Shown: piece by piece, positions 39,801 to 49,303 of the stretch
How positions within the stretch are numbered: position 1 is the first letter of the stretch
Layout of the letters: the number at the start of each line of letters is the position of its first letter
Assembly (NCBI GenBank): GCA_963846575.1
Contig: CAWJWJ010000002.1
Location: 64,001 to 128,000 of the forward strand
From: an uncultured Nitrospiraceae bacterium
GTDB lineage: Bacteria > Nitrospirota > Nitrospiria > Nitrospirales > Nitrospiraceae
Direction of reading: 5' to 3'
DNA length: 64,000 nt
Made by a program: the position numbers and the translations under genes
Notes under the pieces: model-generated
What the model was told of the DNA's origin: nothing
What the model saw: only the letters and a program-made list of their open reading frames with translations
Database searches by the model: none

Positions 39801-40921
39801 CAGGCGTTTCACCGGCGACTCTTACATACGTCGTTCTGGCCTTCGCCGGCGCCGCTCTCGGCACATTCATCATCCGGCACATGGCGCGGCGATTCGGTCT
39901 GTTCGCAAGGCCTCGCGCCGATAGATGGCATCAGCAGCCCGTCGCTCTTCACGGCGGGGTGGGCTTCTATCCTCCGTTTCTGGTGACTGCCTGCCTCCTG
40001 CTCTGGGGTGCCGCGGGGATAGGCTCGACAGCAGAGTCAGACTGGATACATTTTCTGCCCGCCTATCTGAAATTGGGTGTTGCCTTGCTCGCAGGATCCT
40101 TGCTCATGTTTGTGGTCGGATTATGGGACGATATCTGCAATCTTCGGCCTGTGACGAAACTTATTTGTCAGCTCGTGGCCGCCAGTTTATTCATTCTTGC
40201 CGGAGGCACGTTGCTCCGGACCGACAGTGAGGTGTTGAATCAGGTGGTCACTTATCTCTGGCTGGTTGGAATCACCAATGCCGTCAACATGTTGGACAAT
40301 ATGGACGGGCTCGCCTCAGGCGTTGTGATTCTAGGGAGCTCAACCCTTGCCGTTCTCGCCTGGGGGACGGGCGCGAGCGTGGGGGCCTCTCTCGGAGCTT
40401 CCCTCGGGGTACTGTTGGCGGCTGCTCTCGCCGGTTTCCTGGTCTTCAACTGCTCTCCCGCATCAATCTTCATGGGCGACTCGGGCAGTCTCTCGATCGG
40501 TTATCTGGTAGCGGGGTTGGCGGTACCCAGTTCGCTGAACGGGTACTTGGGCCTCTCGCTCTCCAACGGCCTTCTGGGCAATAGCAGTGCGGTTATCATT
40601 CCCGTACTCGCACTGTGCGTTCCGATTTATGATACAACCTTGGTGACAGTGACCAGGATATGGCGTGCCCAGCCCATTTCACGGGGCGGGTGTGACCACA
40701 TCTCCCATCGTCTGGTCCAACTTGGACTCCCGGAATCCACAACCGTCCGCATTCTATACCTGTTATCGGGAGCCGGTTGCAGTCTGGCTTTCCTTGCGCA
40801 ACGCTTCCCGCTTCAGACTTCTCCATTGCTGGTGCTGTTTTTTAGCTTCCTTATCGTCAGTGGGGTATATGTGGGTCGCGTGGAAGTGATGGGTGCTTAC
40901 CCTGCCCGGTTCCGAGAATGA
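39797..40921 (+). CDS. WecA/TagO-like undecaprenyl-phosphate HexNAc-1-phosphate transferase (MraY family)
   Basis: GLWDD, NAVNMLDNMDGLA, IFMGDSGS, DTTLV, DHISHRL. Confidence 0.88.
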   Translation: MTGVSPATLTYVVLAFAGAALGTFIIRHMARRFGLFARPRADRWHQQPVALHGGVGFYPPFLVTACLLLWGAAGIGSTAESDWIHFLPAYLKLGVALLAGSLLMFVVGLWDDICNLRPVTKLICQLVAASLFILAGGTLLRTDSEVLNQVVTYLWLVGITNAVNMLDNMDGLASGVVILGSSTLAVLAWGTGASVGASLGASLGVLLAAALAGFLVFNCSPASIFMGDSGSLSIGYLVAGLAVPSSLNGYLGLSLSNGLLGNSSAVIIPVLALCVPIYDTTLVTVTRIWRAQPISRGGCDHISHRLVQLGLPESTTVRILYLLSGAGCSLAFLAQRFPLQTSPLLVLFFSFLIVSGVYVGRVEVMGAYPARFRE

Positions 40922-41031
40922 CAGGTCACAATTGGGGCGCAATACGGCATGGGGGTAGCCTACGATCACCAATCTCGCTACGGTTTCGACGACCTTCCTA
41001 TACAACTTATTCGGTTCTATCTGTTGTGCAG

Positions 41032-42673
41032 ATGTCCAATGTCCCTGTATGGGTCCGCTGCTTGATACTCAGCGTTTTTATCACGGAACTTGCCTTTCCT
41101 TCTCATGGTGCAGCCTCCGCGAATCTCCCACTGCATCATTGGGCCTATGAGGCCATTGAGCGGTTAGTGGCCTTGGATCTGATCGATCGAGCCCTTCTCG
41201 GCCCGAAGCCCTACAGCCGCAAGCAGGTCGCACAATACGTGGCTCGTGTCATTGTGCGCATTCGAGTCGGGGAGATGAAAATCGACGGGCGCGAAGCCAT
41301 CGCGGAGCCTCTGCTGGAACGATTGCGGACAGAGTTTCGTCCCGAACTTATCCGTCTCGGAATCGTTCATGCGAGGCCCGGAGATAAAACCGGCATGCTC
41401 CGTGCGGGAGCCCGCGTCACGACTGAATTCGATGCCTCCTCCATCGGTGGCGGTCAAACCGTCCGGTTTCGTGAGAATCGGGGCGGCGAATATTATGTGA
41501 ATGGTGTCCAGAACCAGACCGATGCCCGGGGATGGGTGGAGTTTAGCGATTGGGCCGCGCTGATGGTGCAGCCGAAATTCATCAGCAGTCGGCACCTGCT
41601 CGGTATTGGAGCCACGAACAACAGCGACAACTTCTACTTGCGGGAGTTCAGCCTCAAATTGCTCTATGCGAATATCGCATTGGAGGTCGGGCGGGGCACG
41701 CAATGGTGGGGGCCAGGGTATCACGGATCCCTCTCTGCTCACCGACCACGCCTTTCCCATGGACATGATCAAGCTGGGGACAGAACGCCCCTTTCAATTG
41801 CCGGGTTTCCTGAGCGGTCTTGGGGACTGGAAGGTCAATGCTTTTCTTGCTCAATTGGATCGGAATCGGGATTTCTCGCGAGCCAGAGTGTTCGGGCTGC
41901 GCATCAGCTGGCTCCCGGCCCGGTGGCTAGAGTTCGGATTGAACCGGCTGACGCAGTTCGGTGGACGCGGGCGGGACCAATCGTTCCCGGAAACGGTCGT
42001 CGATAGCTATATCCATCCCTCCAATCAGAGCGCGGACAAAGACGTCAACGAACAGGCGAGCGCCGATTTTCGGATCCGTATTCCTACTGTGCCGTATCTA
42101 ATTCCATTTCCTGCAGGGCTTCAGCTTTATGGGGAAATCGGCACGGAGGATAAATGGTCGCAGCTTCCTCTGCCAAGTCGGACAGCTCTATTGGGAGGCG
42201 TTTATATCCCGCAGCTGTTTGAGGGAGACACCATGGATCTGCGCATCGAATATGCGAACACAGACTTCGGGCGTCAGCGGCATCCGGAATTGGCAGGGGT
42301 CTGGTACAACAACGGGACCTACACGAGTGGGATGCGCTATCGTGGGTTTCCTCTCGGCCACCATATGGGAACTGACGGTATCGACTTTTTTGTCCGTTCC
42401 ACCAGGTATCTGACCGATACGGTGCAACTCGGCACCAATTTTAATGTTCAAGAACGGGATCGCGGGCAGCCAGTCCACGAAAGGAAACGGGAAGCGGCTG
42501 TTGATCTGACGTGGTGGTACTCCAAGGATGTGCAGTTGATGGCAGGGTACACCTTTCAGCGCTTAAAGAATCCAGGGCAGATATCCAATCTTACGCCCTT
42601 CACGGAGACCTTTGCGCCGGGCGTCGTTGCGACAAATCATCTTTTCTGGACGGGTATGATCGTGCAGTTTTGA
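41032..42673 (+). pseudogene. wzi: Capsule assembly protein Wzi family outer-membrane barrel, split by a +1 frameshift at ~41734
   Basis: LPLHHWAYEAIERL...KPYSR N-terminus; GRGTQWWGPGYHGSL continues as LLTDHAFP in the next frame; YGEIGTED; WYNNGTYTSGMRYRGFPLGH; C-terminal F. Confidence 0.75.
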
Positions 42674-42732
42674 CCATCCCGTAAGTTCCGCCGTGCCATG
42701 TGAATCGGAGCGAAGGCCCGCAGCCTCCTGTA

Positions 42733-42761
42733 TTGACGAGCAGAAGCTTATTCGCTAGTGT
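42733..42761 (+). promoter_or_regulatory. sigma70-type promoter upstream of the polysaccharide export gene
   Basis: TTGACG, 17 bp spacer, TAGTGT. Confidence 0.45.
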
Positions 42762-42806
42762 GACTCCCTCATACGGTGGAATTCCTTTTTAGGTATTTAT
42801 AGAACT

Positions 42807-45392
42807 ATGTCGGCCTCACTTGCCACTCGAGTGGTTGCTTGGACCATATGCGGTACGATGATTCTGCCGCCGACTCTCCTTGCTCAAGCGCTCCCGATAC
42901 CTGCTCCTGGAGGGAGCTCTTCTTCAGGATCCGCATCCGGTGCTGCTCCTTCGCCGATGATTCCTTTCGGTTCCGGCGGATTGGGTATGTATGGATTACA
43001 GTCCGTGCCAGGACAGCCAATAGTGACCAATCCCAATGCCTTACAATCGCTTACTCCTACGCAAACGCCCTGTCCGTTGCGTCCTCCGTCAGACCTGGCG
43101 CCCGAATCCACGATTCCAAACCTCAACGACTATTGGCCTCTGGAGCCTCGGACTTTGTTGCCCGGTTCCGTCGAACAACGACTGCGACAAGAACAGGAGC
43201 AGCTCGATCGCAAGCAAGAGACCATCCGCGTCGACAAAGAGCGCCGCGAAATCGAGTATCGGTCTCAGCTGGAGCGAGAAAAACAAGCGCTGGCCCGACG
43301 GCCGGGCATGATGGGTTCCGGTTCTCCTCCGATCGTCCCAGGGCAGCAGCCGCTCACGCCGGATCAGCGAACGCCGGCCCCCTTAGGGCCTGAAAAGAAA
43401 CCCTTCACCGGCGAGTTGTTGCGACAGCAGGACTTTAATGTCGAGGAGGCCTTCGCACAGTTTTCCATTCTTCAGGGTGTCCGGAGCCGTCTGAAGCAAT
43501 TCGGGTACGAGTTCTTTGATGCGAATGCTAGTACCTTCTCTGCGGTCCAGGATGTCCCCGTCGGCCCTGATTACGTCGTGGGACCACAGGATTCGTTGGG
43601 AATCCATATCTGGAATGTGCCGGATCAAAATTTCAACCGGAGCTATATTGCGCCAGTCGAGCGGGACGGCATGCTGGTGTTACCTCAGGTGGGCGCTATT
43701 CCGATCGGCGGGCAGACCTTTGCTCAGGCTGAAAAGACCATTCGCGCCAGGTTGAGCGGCTTGCTGAAACGGTTTGAGCTGCATGTGTCCATGGCACGCA
43801 TTCGCACAATGAAGGTGTACGTCGTGGGGGAGGTCGTGCGGCCAGGTGCCTATGAGTTGAGCGCCTTGGCTACGGCGTCCAATGCCTTGTATGCCGCCTG
43901 CGGGCCTGCGCGTTCGGGATCCCTGCGCCAGGTGAAAATCATGCGCGAGGGAAAGCCGATTGCCGAATTCGATCTCTATGACTTTCTTATGCAGGGTGAC
44001 CGACGTGGTGACCACCGACTGCAAAGTGGCGATGTGGTCATGGTGCCTCCGCTGGGCTCGGTGGTTGCGATCAGCGGATCGGTCAGACGCCCCGCGATTT
44101 ATGAAACCAAGCCCGGGACGCGGCTGACCGATTTGCTCACACTGGCCGGTGGTCTTACACCATTGTCTGACAGGCAACGATGTCACATGTTCCGTCTCGA
44201 TCCCAATGTCGAGGGCCGACAGCTCATCGATGTCGACCTCGTGCTCGCCATGAGATCACTCGGAGACGAAAAAAGCCGGATTGGCGTGGCAGGCGGCGAT
44301 CCTATTCTTTTGGATGGCGATTACGTCCGCATCGGAACCCTACCGACCCAGGCAGTGAATGTCGTCAGTCTTGTAGGAGCCGTGAAAACGCCGGGCCCCT
44401 ATGAATTTAGGCCAGGCATGCATGTCCGCGATCTGTTGACTAAGGACAAGATGACGATCGACGCCCATCAGGATCGGGCCGAAATCGTGCGGACCGATCC
44501 GGTTACATATGAAACAAGGGTTGTCGCCTTTAGTCCGAAAGCGCTTTTCGAGGGAAGCCAGGAAGATAATTACGAACTGGCCCGACTCGATCAAGTTGTG
44601 GTGTCCAGTCAGGTGCGTCCCCCGAACCTTATCCTGATCGAAGGGGAAGTGAAGCGTCCCGGGTACTTCACCATTGAGACGGGAGAGCGGCTGAGCTCCG
44701 TCTTGCAGCGGGCGGGCGGCTTCACTCCGAATTCATTCCCCACCGGCATCGTGCTGAGCCGTGAGTCGGTCAAGATCAGGCAGCAGGGCGAACTGGAGCG
44801 ATACATCGCGTCGGAACGTCAGCGGTTGACGGCGCAATCTGCGGGTGTAGCGGCGGGCGCAGCAGGCTTGAGCGGCGCGGCGGCGCTATCCACTGGGGGG
44901 GCCATCGCCGAGCAACAGGTTCTCATGCTGCGTCTTCAGCAACTTGAGGCCATCACATCGCGGGTGGAATTGGGACGCGTGGTAGTCAAGTTGGACTCGA
45001 TCGAGAAGCTGGAAGGCACCGAGGATAATATTATCCTTGAAGCACGCGATGTTATCCGGATCCCCACACCACCGCAAACGGTGAGTATCATCGGGTCGGT
45101 CCGGAATCCAAGCACCGTGGTCCATCGTCCCAACCTCGACTTCGAAGACTATCTTCGCCAGGCGGGCGGCATGACTGAGGATGCAAATAAGCGAGAGTCC
45201 TACATCATGCGAGCCAATGGAACCACAGAGGCGACGTATCTGTCTGTGAAGGATGTCCGTCCCGGCGATACGATAGTGATCCCGCAGAAGATCGAGGCTC
45301 ATACCCCGCAACTCGCGCTGTGGCAATCGGTCGCTACTATCATCGGCAGTATGGCGCTGACCGCAGCCGGCATCGCGGTGATTGGCAGGTAG
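42807..45392 (+). CDS. Polysaccharide export protein (OPX; Wza/KpsD-like) with multiple SLBB domains
   Basis: FGYEFF, DYVVGPQD, PES-like VERDGMLVLPQVG, repeated VxGEVxRPG SLBB units, C-terminal amphipathic helix. Confidence 0.88.
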   Translation: MSASLATRVVAWTICGTMILPPTLLAQALPIPAPGGSSSSGSASGAAPSPMIPFGSGGLGMYGLQSVPGQPIVTNPNALQSLTPTQTPCPLRPPSDLAPESTIPNLNDYWPLEPRTLLPGSVEQRLRQEQEQLDRKQETIRVDKERREIEYRSQLEREKQALARRPGMMGSGSPPIVPGQQPLTPDQRTPAPLGPEKKPFTGELLRQQDFNVEEAFAQFSILQGVRSRLKQFGYEFFDANASTFSAVQDVPVGPDYVVGPQDSLGIHIWNVPDQNFNRSYIAPVERDGMLVLPQVGAIPIGGQTFAQAEKTIRARLSGLLKRFELHVSMARIRTMKVYVVGEVVRPGAYELSALATASNALYAACGPARSGSLRQVKIMREGKPIAEFDLYDFLMQGDRRGDHRLQSGDVVMVPPLGSVVAISGSVRRPAIYETKPGTRLTDLLTLAGGLTPLSDRQRCHMFRLDPNVEGRQLIDVDLVLAMRSLGDEKSRIGVAGGDPILLDGDYVRIGTLPTQAVNVVSLVGAVKTPGPYEFRPGMHVRDLLTKDKMTIDAHQDRAEIVRTDPVTYETRVVAFSPKALFEGSQEDNYELARLDQVVVSSQVRPPNLILIEGEVKRPGYFTIETGERLSSVLQRAGGFTPNSFPTGIVLSRESVKIRQQGELERYIASERQRLTAQSAGVAAGAAGLSGAAALSTGGAIAEQQVLMLRLQQLEAITSRVELGRVVVKLDSIEKLEGTEDNIILEARDVIRIPTPPQTVSIIGSVRNPSTVVHRPNLDFEDYLRQAGGMTEDANKRESYIMRANGTTEATYLSVKDVRPGDTIVIPQKIEAHTPQLALWQSVATIIGSMALTAAGIAVIGR

Positions 45393-45432
45393 AACGTTTC
45401 CAGGGTGCCGAGGAGAGATACGGCGTAATTAC

Positions 45433-46663
45433 ATGGATTGGCCACCCGAGACTCCTCACGCAGTCATGGATCCGCCCCGGCCAAGCATCGTGGAGCGTCG
45501 CCAGGACGAGAAAGTCAGTCTGTTCGATTACTGGGACGTAATTGTCACGCACCAGAGGTTGATCGGGATTCTGTGTGGCGGTGCCATCCTGATGACGATG
45601 ATCGTCAGCTTACTATTGCCGAAGATCTATGAGTCGACGGCCGTCGTGCTCCCTCAATCTGAATCGAAGGAGACGGGAGGATTGGCTACGCTGCTCGCTG
45701 CCTCGGGTGCCGCCGGTATGGCCCAAAATCTAGGCATGAACGTCCCCGGTTTTCCAACCTCGCCCACGGACACGTTTGTGTCGATCCTGAAGTCGCGCGT
45801 CATGGCCGACGATGCGATCGCGAAGTTTGATTTGATGGACCGCTATGGGAAGAAGACCATGGTCGAGACACGTGAGAAGCTCGCTGACCGCGTGCGGATC
45901 ACCGTCACCAAGGAAAAAGTCGTCAAAGTAGTGGTGGAGGATGAGGATCCTACAGACCGCGGCAGACATGGCCAATTTTTATATGTCGAATCTTGACCGG
46001 TTGAACCGGATTGTGAATGTCAGCAAGGCTGGGCAAAACCGCGCGTTCATCGAGCGCCGGTTGGTCGAGACGGAAGAGACGATGGCCAAGGCTGAGGAGG
46101 CGCTGCGCGACTTTCAGAAGAAAAATAAGACCGTTGCAGTTGAGGCCCAATCTAAAGTGATGATTGAGGCGGCTGCCATGATCCAGGCCCAGATCACGGC
46201 GCAAGAGGTGCAGTCGCAAGTGATGGGCACGTATCTCTCGACCGACAATCCGGACCTCGCCCGCATCCATTCCAGCATTGAGGAATTGAAGAAACAGCTC
46301 ACTTTGATGGAGTCCGGAAAGAATGGCAAGGGCATGTTGCCGGGACAGGAACGGCTGCATCCAGCGATGATTTCGGTTCCCGAGCTCGCGTTGCAGTACG
46401 CGCGCCTTTTCCGGCAAGTCAAGGTACAGGAGACGCTCTTTACCCTCCTGACCTCCCAGCATGAGCAGGCGAAGATTGCCGAAGCCCGCGATACCCCCAC
46501 CGTGCAGGTGTTGGATCCGGCGGTGCCGGCCGACAAGCGAAGTCGGCCGCGTCTTTTGCTGAATCTGGCTGTCGCCGGGGTGTTGTCGCTTATTGGGGGA
46601 ATATTCGCAGCCTTCTTTCTCGATTACCGTGCTCGGGTCCGTCAACTTCCGACCGCAAGCTAG
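45433..46663 (+). pseudogene. Wzz/GumC-type polysaccharide co-polymerase without kinase domain, split by a +1 frameshift at ~45952
   Basis: SLFDYW..., PKIYESTA, ILKSR; VEDEDP continues as QTAADMAN in the next frame; VQVLDPAVPADKRSRP plus C-terminal TM helix. Confidence 0.78.
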
Positions 46664-46666
46664 AAA

Positions 46667-46696
46667 TTGACGATATTTCAATGGCAATGGTAGAAT
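46667..46696 (+). promoter_or_regulatory. sigma70-type promoter for hpnH
   Basis: TTGACG, 18 bp spacer ending in TGG (extended -10), TAGAAT. Confidence 0.6.
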
Positions 46697-46771
46697 CCGG
46701 CCCGTGCGCCTGCTAAGGGCCGGCCGTCTCGGTCGTGAACCACTTTCACAATTATCGAATAGGAGCGCGGG

Positions 46772-47788
46772 ATGGCTGTTCCAGTCTCCCAAATGTATAC
46801 AGTGACCAAGTATGTCTTGACCCAGAAGCTTAGAGGGGTCAAGCGATACCCGCTCGTGCTGATGCTCGAGCCACTGTTCCGCTGCAACCTCGCCTGTGCG
46901 GGATGCGGCAAGATTCAATATCCGGATCATGTCCTGGATAAGCGGTTGACGCCCGCCCAATGTTGGGCGGCGGCGGACGAATGCGGGGCTCCCATCATCA
47001 GTATTCCCGGGGGGGAGCCACTGATCCATCCGGAGATGGCGGAAATCGTGCGTGGACTGGTCGCTCGCCAGAAATATGTGTATCTCTGCACGAATGCGAT
47101 CCTGATGGAGCGCAAACTCGACGAGTATCCGCCGTCGAAGTTCCTCACCTTCAGCGTGCACATGGACGGACTGCGGGACGAACATGACCTGGCGGTCTGT
47201 CGGGACGGGGTCTACGATGTTGCGGTGAAGGCGATCAAGGCCGCGTTGAAGCGAGGCCACCGGGTCACCACCAACACTACTCTGTTCGATGACGCCAATC
47301 CCGAGCGGGTGCGGAAGTTTTTTGACGAGATGATGGAACTCGGTGTCGAGGGAATGATGATCTCGCCCGGCTACAGCTATCAGAAAGCACCGGACCAACA
47401 GCATTTCCTGAAACGCAATCGGACGACGGAGCTGTTTTCGAAGATTTTGGGCAATCGGAAACGTGGGTGGCAATTCAATCAGTCGCCGTTGTTTCTGGAG
47501 TTCCTCAAGGGCACGCGTGACTATCAGTGCACGCCATGGGGGAACCCGACCTACAACGTTTTTGGCTGGCAACGCCCCTGTTATTTGCTGCAAGAAGGAT
47601 ATGCCTCCAGTTTTCGAGAGCTGATGGAAAAGACTGAGTGGGATTCCTACGGGACGGGGCGGAATGAAAAATGCGCTGATTGCATGGTGCATTGCGGATA
47701 TGAAGCCTCGGCTGTGGAGGACACGTTCGGGTCCTTGTCCGGCTTTGCAAAAACCGTGAAGATCACACTCATGCCGACGGCGCGTTAA
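46772..47788 (+). CDS. hpnH: Adenosylhopane synthase, radical SAM protein HpnH
   Basis: YPLVLMLEPLFRCNLACAGCGKI, GGEPL, YLCTN, CTPWGNPT, PCYLL, YGTGRNEKCADCMVHCGYE. Confidence 0.95.
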   Translation: MAVPVSQMYTVTKYVLTQKLRGVKRYPLVLMLEPLFRCNLACAGCGKIQYPDHVLDKRLTPAQCWAAADECGAPIISIPGGEPLIHPEMAEIVRGLVARQKYVYLCTNAILMERKLDEYPPSKFLTFSVHMDGLRDEHDLAVCRDGVYDVAVKAIKAALKRGHRVTTNTTLFDDANPERVRKFFDEMMELGVEGMMISPGYSYQKAPDQQHFLKRNRTTELFSKILGNRKRGWQFNQSPLFLEFLKGTRDYQCTPWGNPTYNVFGWQRPCYLLQEGYASSFRELMEKTEWDSYGTGRNEKCADCMVHCGYEASAVEDTFGSLSGFAKTVKITLMPTAR

Positions 47789-47807
47789 GCGCCGCAGGTT
47801 TCCCGCG

Positions 47808-47850
47808 GCGAGGGGCGGTCCGGTGGCCGAGCCGTCCGGTCCTCCCTCGC
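47808..47850. repeat. GC-rich imperfect palindrome (REP-like element or mRNA-stabilising hairpin)
   Basis: GCGAGGG...CCGG..GGC-CGA-GCC..CCGG...CCCTCGC long stem with no U-tract. Confidence 0.4.
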
Positions 47851-47871
47851 ATCACCTTCATGCTGCGAGAA

Positions 47872-48267
47872 ATGACCATGACTGATGCCAAATACCATGC
47901 CCCGGAAACCGGGAGCCTTCAGGGCCGTGTGTTTCACCCGGCCTCTCCCGCAGAATTGAGCGAGTCCATAGAGCTTGCGTTTGACTATCGCGGGGACATT
48001 ACGGTCGAACTGAAATCCGGCAGTCACGTGACCGGATATCTGTTCAACCGGACGGCCACGGGCGAGCAGCCTACGATTGAACTCTTCCCTGCCACCGGTA
48101 GCGGCACTATGACGATTCCCTATTCGGAGATCGCGACGATTGCGTTTTCGGGAGAAGATACAGCTACGGGAAAGTCCTGGGAGACGTGGGTCGCCAAGAA
48201 GGACTCCGAGCGACAGCGAGAGGTGGAACGGGTGGAGGCAGATGCCAAGGCTCGAGGGCATTTGTAG
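47872..48267 (+). CDS. Hypothetical protein downstream of hpnH (possible Sm-like small beta fold)
   Basis: AFDYRGDITVELKSGSHVTGYLFNR...IPYSEIATIAFSGEDTA resembles Sm1/Sm2-like strands; helical C-terminus. Confidence 0.6.
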   Translation: MTMTDAKYHAPETGSLQGRVFHPASPAELSESIELAFDYRGDITVELKSGSHVTGYLFNRTATGEQPTIELFPATGSGTMTIPYSEIATIAFSGEDTATGKSWETWVAKKDSERQREVERVEADAKARGHL

Positions 48268-48412
48268 GTACTCTCGTCAGTTTTCGCGCCGTCCGTTCTA
48301 TAAAAACACTCCTGCTGCCATCCTCTCCTGCTCGATCATTTCGTCCCGCCAAGGCTTGCAAATTTAGCGCGTCTTTCAATCAGTCTCCCCTCCGTTCGAC
48401 TTGATCCATTTG

Positions 48413-48441
48413 TTGACAAAGAGGGGGGGCTATGCTAGAAG
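48413..48441 (+). promoter_or_regulatory. Candidate sigma70 promoter of the respiratory operon
   Basis: TTGACA, 17 bp spacer ending in TGC, TAGAAG. Confidence 0.4.
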
Positions 48442-48550
48442 GATCGGCCTCAAATTTGGGTCAGGCCCGGCACGATGAAGCCTCTCCTAGCATGGTCTTG
48501 AGCAGGTTTTCCGGTGAGGCTGAAAATTCAATCGGACGCGGGTCATACGT

Positions 48551-49090
48551 ATGCGGCGGCGGATAGTGAGTAGTAAGAAAACCGCTCGACGCATCGTGGG
48601 TTTTTTGGGTCTGATCTGGCTGCTGTGCGCGCCGGCTGTGTCATTCGCGAGCCATGCCGCCGACCATCGTTTCACTGTCGAAGGTTTTGTCTGTGGTCGG
48701 GACGGTCAGCCAAGCACCAAGACCGAAGTGCTCGTTAAGGATACGCGGGTGACGGTCGGCCAGACGGTGACGACCGACGACGACGGGTACTACAAAGTTA
48801 CCCTTCATCTGCATAACGACAATGTGGGCGATCCGCTGTTGGTTGAAGCCGGCGGAGAGCAACAGAATTTCAAAATCCAGTTCGATCCGAATGATCTGGA
48901 GACGGAGCGGAAGCTTCGAGTCGATTTCGGAAGCGGGTGTGCGCGCGATCTCAGTCCTCCGCAGTGGTTGTTCTACGGGCTGGGTGTGGCGGCTGTTGCT
49001 ATTGTGGGATGGATTGGGCTAAAGATCTCCCGCAAGCGGATGCGTGAAGAGCAACGGCGAAGGAAGGGGCAGGGGAAGCGGCAGAAATAG
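48551..49090 (+). CDS. Exported beta-sandwich protein with C-terminal membrane anchor
   Basis: Signal peptide ending SFA, mature N-terminus SHAADH, TDDDGYY transthyretin/carboxypeptidase-regulatory-like strand, TM helix and basic tail. Confidence 0.65.
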   Translation: MRRRIVSSKKTARRIVGFLGLIWLLCAPAVSFASHAADHRFTVEGFVCGRDGQPSTKTEVLVKDTRVTVGQTVTTDDDGYYKVTLHLHNDNVGDPLLVEAGGEQQNFKIQFDPNDLETERKLRVDFGSGCARDLSPPQWLFYGLGVAAVAIVGWIGLKISRKRMREEQRRRKGQGKRQK

Positions 49091-49303
49091 GGCACGGTCC
49101 GTGGGGTATTGTTCCTCGCCGGATCGGACATGCTGACGTAGGCGGGGAAAGTCGAAACGTGACCTCGTTGCATTCTGAGACTTGACGCTTTTGCTGTGGC
49201 GGTTTATGACGCCCCGGGGAAGCGTCCTTTTTTTTCTGTCGATGGTAATAGGTGTCGGCGCGTGAGCAGGCGTTGGCATGAAGAAAGGAGCGAGAACGTA
49301 TTT

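Noticed and set aside
46689..46713. GGTAGAATCCGGCCCGTGCGCCT as a possible attR copy of the tRNA-Cys 3' end
   Set aside because: Needs several mismatches and gaps against GGTTCGAACCCGCCCGGCGCCT, and is better explained as the -10 region of the hpnH promoter.
45950..47692. 580 aa minus-strand ORF
   Set aside because: Antisense shadow of hpnH and the co-polymerase, both of which have clear family motifs; the ORF has no recognisable domain.
48401..48420. Possible FNR/CRP site (TTGAT...) before the respiratory operon
   Set aside because: The second half-site ATCAA is absent.
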